Part shown: positions 24,732-29,268 of the stretch, in pieces | Layout of the letters: the number at the start of each line of letters is the position of its first letter | Position numbering within the stretch: position 1 is the first letter of the stretch | Virus record (IMG/VR): IMGVR_UViG_3300049846_002945 | Coordinates: 1 to 29,268 of that record | Length of the DNA stretch: 29,268 nt | Source: a virus | Taxonomy: Duplodnaviria > Caudoviricetes | Direction: 5' to 3' (one strand) | Position numbers and translations under genes: made by a program | The notes under the pieces: generated by a model | Databases searched by the model: none | What the model saw: only the letters and a program-made list of their open reading frames with translations | What the model was told of the DNA's origin: nothing

Positions 24732-26092
24732 TGGCTGAAAATGGCACAAAGTGGCCGAATATCTTCTCTGCGCTTCTGAATCGTGGCGCCTTAGCCTCAC
24801 GGCTTGGGCATTTGTTTGGTGGAGATCGCAAAGTCCACGAGGTACTTGGCTATAAGCCCATGTTGGAATACCGAGACTTCAAGGCGCGGTATCTTCGCCA
24901 AGACTTGGCGCACCGGATTGTGACTGCCTACCCTGACGCTACATGGGCACAATTTCCGACAATCAAAGAAGATGATCAGGAAGACATCCTCACTCCCTTT
25001 GAAGCGGCATGGGAGGCATTAGCGAAACAGCTGAATTTGCACACGATGCTGAAGCGAGTAGATGTGCTGGCGAATATCGGCCAATACAGTATCCTTGTGA
25101 TTGGATTGCGTGGGCAAAGTGACCTTGCCAGCCCAGCAACCCCGGTGCGTAGCCCCGACGATGTGCTATATGTAACCCCCTATAGTGAGGAATGGGCAAC
25201 GATTGAACGCCTTGAGGGAAATGGAGAATCCCCGATGTTTGGGAAGCCGCTCTTGTACCGGATTAATTTTGGACGTAATACACAGACGCGAGGGCAAGCC
25301 TCCCTCCCTGTGGGGACTGCCATGGTGCACGCCAGCCGGGTGATCCATATCGCAGAGGATACCCTTGATGATGATATCTATGGGGTTCCGCGCCTAGAAC
25401 CGATCTATGACCGCCTGGATGATTTGCTCAAGGTCGTTGGCGGGTCCGCAGAAATGTTTTGGCGTGATGCTAAACGTCGCATTGCGTTGGAGTTGCGCGA
25501 AGGCTATAAGTTGCCGCCTGCGGAAGAAGACACGCTGACCGATGAAGTGCAAGAATACATGCACGATTTGAAGGATTTTATCCGCGTGGAAGGCGTAGAT
25601 GTCAAGAATTTGTCTGGCGTTATCGCAGATCCGGAAAAACATTTTGCGATGCTTATTGACATTTTGTCTGGGGTGACCGGCATCCCGAAGCGGATTCTGA
25701 CGGGATCAGAGCGTGGTGAGTTGTCAAGCGTACAGGATAGCGCGAGCTGGCTTGAGCGCGTGACGCAACGGCAGCAACAATTTGCCGAGCCCGTGATGCT
25801 GCGGCGTTTGATTGATCGCCTCATCCTTTTGCGGGCGCTACCTACCCCAGCTCAGCCATACAGTGTTGACTGGGGAAATCTCTTCGCGTTGTCGGAAAAA
25901 GATCGCGCAGCGGTTGCGCAGAATTATGCGAGCGCCATCAGTCAGTATGCTGGGCAAGGCATGGCGAGCCTGGTTGTTCCGCCGCAAGAGTTTCGCGAGG
26001 TGTATTTGGGATTACCGGCAATCCCTGATGTTGCTGAGGAAGAACTCAGCAATAATGGTGGCGATATGGGCGAATCGGATGAGGGCATGTAG
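24731..26092 (+). CDS. portal protein (DUF1073-type)
   Basis: VHASRVIHI, YGVPRLEPIY, GGSAEMFW, GIPKRILTGSERGELSS; TAATG overlap with terL and GGAGG RBS. Confidence 0.88.
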   Translation: MAENGTKWPNIFSALLNRGALASRLGHLFGGDRKVHEVLGYKPMLEYRDFKARYLRQDLAHRIVTAYPDATWAQFPTIKEDDQEDILTPFEAAWEALAKQLNLHTMLKRVDVLANIGQYSILVIGLRGQSDLASPATPVRSPDDVLYVTPYSEEWATIERLEGNGESPMFGKPLLYRINFGRNTQTRGQASLPVGTAMVHASRVIHIAEDTLDDDIYGVPRLEPIYDRLDDLLKVVGGSAEMFWRDAKRRIALELREGYKLPPAEEDTLTDEVQEYMHDLKDFIRVEGVDVKNLSGVIADPEKHFAMLIDILSGVTGIPKRILTGSERGELSSVQDSASWLERVTQRQQQFAEPVMLRRLIDRLILLRALPTPAQPYSVDWGNLFALSEKDRAAVAQNYASAISQYAGQGMASLVVPPQEFREVYLGLPAIPDVAEEELSNNGGDMGESDEGM

Positions 26093-26094
26093 GC

Positions 26095-26970
26095 ATGCCA
26101 GGGTTAAGGATTGCTGTGCGGTCTGACGAGATATTATTGCGTGCTATCCACGCTGCCGAATCATCTTTTGTTGCCCTATGGGGGGAACTTTTTGCTGTCT
26201 TCCGACGCGCTTTTCCCACACGGCAGGTGACCTCAGCGGCGCGACAACAAGATTGGCTAACTACTGAGCGCTTGATAGTGGATAGTCTCCGTGAGGATTT
26301 TACACAACCCGCTCGTGCCCAACTTTTGCCTATTGTTGAAGAGATTATGGCATCTACTGCTATGCTTCTTGCTCCAAGTGTGAGCCACACATTAGGATCA
26401 GAGATTACTTACCAACGTTACCTCCCCGAGGTAGAACATGAAGCTATGCTCTATACCAATACTCAAGTGCAACAAATTATGCAGGCAACGCATATAGGAA
26501 TACGGCATGCGGTGACGCTCCTGCCTCTTGCCTTCATTCCCATAGTTATCGGTCTGGCGCCACGCCAGGTGCGAACTCTTGTTCATCGTCAGCAACAGTG
26601 GGAAGATGCTGCTCTGCAAACACGTGAGCAGCGGACGCAAGCGCAGCTCTTTGTTGCAGAAGCTTTGCCGCAACGGACTGCGGTAATTGCTGGCACTGAG
26701 GCAACGGCTGCGGCGAATATGGGCCAACAGCAACTTTGGCAACAAGCGGAGCGTGCTGGACATTTCCAGCCTGAAGAATGGGTGCAGGTTTGGGTGACAA
26801 CGCAGGATGATCGCCGGTGTCCTCGTTGTCGGCGTATGCAAGGGCAACAAAAGGCTTTTGGCAATATGTTTTTTGAGCCGCAAACCCCTAATAGTGTGCC
26901 ATATCCCCCTTTACATGCTCGGTGCCGGTGTGTGGTACGCATGGCGCGACAGCAGGAGGCAGTGGCGTGA
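26095..26970 (+). CDS. Mu gpF/SPP1 gp7-like minor head protein
   Basis: R...IA.TE, WVTTQDDRRCPRC, PPLHARCRC; follows the portal. Confidence 0.85.
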   Translation: MPGLRIAVRSDEILLRAIHAAESSFVALWGELFAVFRRAFPTRQVTSAARQQDWLTTERLIVDSLREDFTQPARAQLLPIVEEIMASTAMLLAPSVSHTLGSEITYQRYLPEVEHEAMLYTNTQVQQIMQATHIGIRHAVTLLPLAFIPIVIGLAPRQVRTLVHRQQQWEDAALQTREQRTQAQLFVAEALPQRTAVIAGTEATAAANMGQQQLWQQAERAGHFQPEEWVQVWVTTQDDRRCPRCRRMQGQQKAFGNMFFEPQTPNSVPYPPLHARCRCVVRMARQQEAVA

Positions 26971-27185
26971 GCATGCCATTTCCCGCAGAAGTTTGGAAAC
27001 TTGTATGTGGTTTTCTGGCGGAGAATGCCACCTGCCAAGTCGTGATCCACCAGCACCAAGGCGTCATTTCAAAGGTTGATTTTGGTCTGACGAAAGAAAC
27101 ACTCTACGTGCGGCATGGCAATATTGTCCATACAGACCGTGCGCCTGTTTATGGTGTGGCCACCGAAAGGCTTGACAAACAATGA
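26967..27185 (+). CDS. small hypothetical protein (DUF2292-like, tentative)
   Basis: GTGA overlap with AGGAGG RBS (alternative ATG 26973); helix then VVIHQHQGVISKV hairpin. Confidence 0.5.
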   Translation: MSMPFPAEVWKLVCGFLAENATCQVVIHQHQGVISKVDFGLTKETLYVRHGNIVHTDRAPVYGVATERLDKQ

Positions 27186-27250
27186 ACATGTAGCTTATTG
27201 TTTATACATTATATCTGGCCACCCGATGGGTGAGCCGGGCCACTCTGAAG

Positions 27251-27289
27251 AAGCCCCAGGTTCCAACGTTGGTTGCCCTGGGGCTTTTT
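27251..27289 (+). terminator. hairpin with U-tract in the leader of the head protease gene
   Basis: AAGCCCCAGG...CCTGGGGCTT continuing into a T-run. Confidence 0.55.
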
Positions 27290-27305
27290 GCGTTTTGGGG
27301 CATAC

Positions 27306-28802
27306 ATGACGCGACCGATTTTTATTTCCACTGCACTCACAGTGACGCCACAGCGGTTGACGCTCAACAACCGCGAGTATCTTGTTGCGCCAGCGGTGCT
27401 CGTGGTGGCTGGCGTGCTGAATGGTGGATTGCTTCCTGAAACCGAGTTGCGCCCAGAAGACTGGAATGCAGTGCCTATTGTGATCAATCACCCATTGGAT
27501 AATGGCGAACCGATTAGCGCCAGAACTCCAGATGTCCTGGCGCAACATGGGGTTGGGCATCTCTACCGGACTCGCCTAGGAACCGCCCGACGCCGGAGAC
27601 AAACCGTTCGTAGCCTTCAGGCAGAGCTGTGGATTGATACGGCGCTAGTGAGTGCTTTAGGGGGCGAAGCCCTTCAGGCTATGCAAATGATTGAAACACA
27701 ACAACCACTTGAAGTCAGTACGGCGTTTTTCTCTGACGACGAATCGGTACGCGGGGTCTTTGAAGGCGCGGCATACGAGCGGATTTACCATAATATCCGC
27801 CCTGACCATCTTGCCTTGCTGCCCAACATGGTCGGCGCATGCAACTGGGCAGACGGCTGTGGCGCCCCACGACTCAATCGGCAGGCGTGTGCTTGCCAGA
27901 TACAGGAGACACAGACGATGGAGGTTGCACCGTTCTGGCAGCGGTTTTTATCGATGCTTCGATTGACTCCTCAAGCCTCTGGTGAACTATTGCTGACGGT
28001 CCATCAGACAGACCAAGATATCCGCGAGAGTTTGTATGGCTGCCTGGCGCGGGAGATGGGGACCGATATCACCCCAATTTTTATTGATGCCATCGACGTA
28101 GAAGCCATGAGCTTTACCTATCGCCAGGGGGAGCGCCTCCGGCGACGGCGCTGGATGATGGAGGACGGGGTGCTTGCTCTGTCTCCTGATGTCGAAGATG
28201 TCCAACGTGCAACCACCTATACGCCCGTGCCGGTCACGCAAGCGCAGGAGGAGAAATCTATGAGCATTGCAGAAGTGATTACCCGCCGGGTCAATGCGCT
28301 CATCGCAAATGAGCGCACCCGCTGGACCGAGGCCGACCGCCACATGCTGGAAGCCCAGGATGAGGCATTTCTTATTCGCCTTGAGCAACAACCTCAAGCC
28401 GCACCTGCTGTGGTGGCGCGTCAGCCAGAAACCATGTCAGAGGCGATTGCTACGCTCCCTCAACATCTTCAAGAGCCGCTTCAGGCAATGGCTGATGAAT
28501 ATGAGCAACGCAAAGCCTCAGCGATCAAGGTATTGGTGACGAATGCGAAAAATCCTTTTGCCGAGCAAGAATTGCAAGCGATGACGGCACAACGCTTAGA
28601 GCAACTTGTGGCCATGGCTGGCGAAGAGGTGCCCCTGCGCCCTGGGCAACAGGTCGTAAAAGAAATCCGTGTGCAAGATTATCGTGGTCGTGGGTTGCCG
28701 CATATGCGCCCAGTCCCTGAGGACGAGTTACCGCCCGAGCCGCCGAAGACTTTTGCGCTTGCAGTTGAAAAACAACGCGCTATGGGTAAACTAGCTAGCT
28801 AA
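27306..28802 (+). CDS. DUF2213-type prohead protease/scaffold protein
   Basis: GVLNG, WNAVPIVINHP, ELWID, EVST, PDHLALLP, GACNWADGCG; charged helical C-terminus. Confidence 0.8.
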   Translation: MTRPIFISTALTVTPQRLTLNNREYLVAPAVLVVAGVLNGGLLPETELRPEDWNAVPIVINHPLDNGEPISARTPDVLAQHGVGHLYRTRLGTARRRRQTVRSLQAELWIDTALVSALGGEALQAMQMIETQQPLEVSTAFFSDDESVRGVFEGAAYERIYHNIRPDHLALLPNMVGACNWADGCGAPRLNRQACACQIQETQTMEVAPFWQRFLSMLRLTPQASGELLLTVHQTDQDIRESLYGCLAREMGTDITPIFIDAIDVEAMSFTYRQGERLRRRRWMMEDGVLALSPDVEDVQRATTYTPVPVTQAQEEKSMSIAEVITRRVNALIANERTRWTEADRHMLEAQDEAFLIRLEQQPQAAPAVVARQPETMSEAIATLPQHLQEPLQAMADEYEQRKASAIKVLVTNAKNPFAEQELQAMTAQRLEQLVAMAGEEVPLRPGQQVVKEIRVQDYRGRGLPHMRPVPEDELPPEPPKTFALAVEKQRAMGKLAS

Positions 28803-28837
28803 GAAGCCGCTCTTAGAGAGAGAAAGGATTGTGCGTC

Positions 28838-29268
28838 ATGCCACAAACGATTGTGCTGGCTGGATGTCCCAATTATCCGCCGGAGAAACTTGCTTCGGAA
28901 GTCATTACGCCAGGGCATCTTGTAGAGGTTGTCCCCTCTGGTGGTGATGCTGGGCAGCTTCGCAAGCATGCGACAGCATCCGGGAACGCTGCTCCATTTT
29001 TTGCATGCGAAGAACTTATTCCTGATATTGGAAATTCGCAGACCACACCTATTGACCTGACGTATGGGGATGGCGATAGTGTGCGTTGGGCGATTGGGCA
29101 GGCGGGGGATATGTTTTATGCTTGGGTACCAGCCAGCGCCGCTGCCATTAAGGATGGGGACCCCTTAACGTCAAATGGCGATGGGACACTCAAGAAATAT
29201 GCTGCGCAGGCGACTAATGAGGCTGGGTCAGCCACGTATACCGTGCAAGTAGCTGCCATTGTTGCGAG
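28838..29268 (+). CDS. head decoration/capsid-associated protein, truncated by the window end
   Basis: MPQTIVL...ITPGHLVE...GDPLTSNGDGTLK; AAGGA RBS; position after the protease gene. Confidence 0.65.
   Translation, partial: MPQTIVLAGCPNYPPEKLASEVITPGHLVEVVPSGGDAGQLRKHATASGNAAPFFACEELIPDIGNSQTTPIDLTYGDGDSVRWAIGQAGDMFYAWVPASAAAIKDGDPLTSNGDGTLKKYAAQATNEAGSATYTVQVAAIVA

Larger units (their letters stand above)
1..29268. mobile_element. tailed dsDNA phage or prophage segment
   Basis: terminase-portal-minor head-protease order, replication module, no host housekeeping genes. Confidence 0.95.

Noticed and set aside
24731-26092. anti-CBASS Acb1 label sometimes attached to DUF1073 proteins
   Set aside because: size, motifs and position between terL and the minor head gene indicate a portal; no paired HxT phosphoesterase motifs recognised
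1-29268. stop-codon reassignment or programmed frameshift
   Set aside because: all recognisable genes are intact in the standard code and use TAA, TAG and TGA as stops; no split genes seen

Overview
The window is a contiguous piece of a tailed dsDNA phage or prophage. No integrase, att site, lysis cassette, tRNA, rRNA or CRISPR array was seen. Left arm (1-16060, mostly minus strand): a PAPS-reductase-family protein, RusA resolvase, DEDD exonuclease, SF2 helicase, a plus-strand Arc-like regulator with an NrS-1-type primase-polymerase/VirE helicase followed by an iteron-rich origin, and a Gp3-like protein. Beyond these is an array of small genes (RadC/JAB, SWIM plus annealing-like protein, HNH, double HTH) driven by five near-consensus sigma70 promoters, all carrying the 15-bp palindrome GTATAT-N3-ATATAC (one copy has a mismatch). 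Right arm (16191-end, plus strand): Ser/Thr-rich putative virion appendage proteins and small adaptor-like proteins, a GT-A glycosyltransferase and a left-handed beta-helix sugar acetyltransferase. These are followed by terminase small and large subunits, a DUF1073-type portal, a Mu gpF-like minor head protein, a DUF2213 protease/scaffold and a truncated head decoration gene. Best candidates for an undescribed system: (i) the appendage + glycosyltransferase + acetyltransferase block (possible virion glycosylation) and (ii) the operator-controlled promoter-cassette array. All family calls come from motif recognition by eye; no database searches were run.
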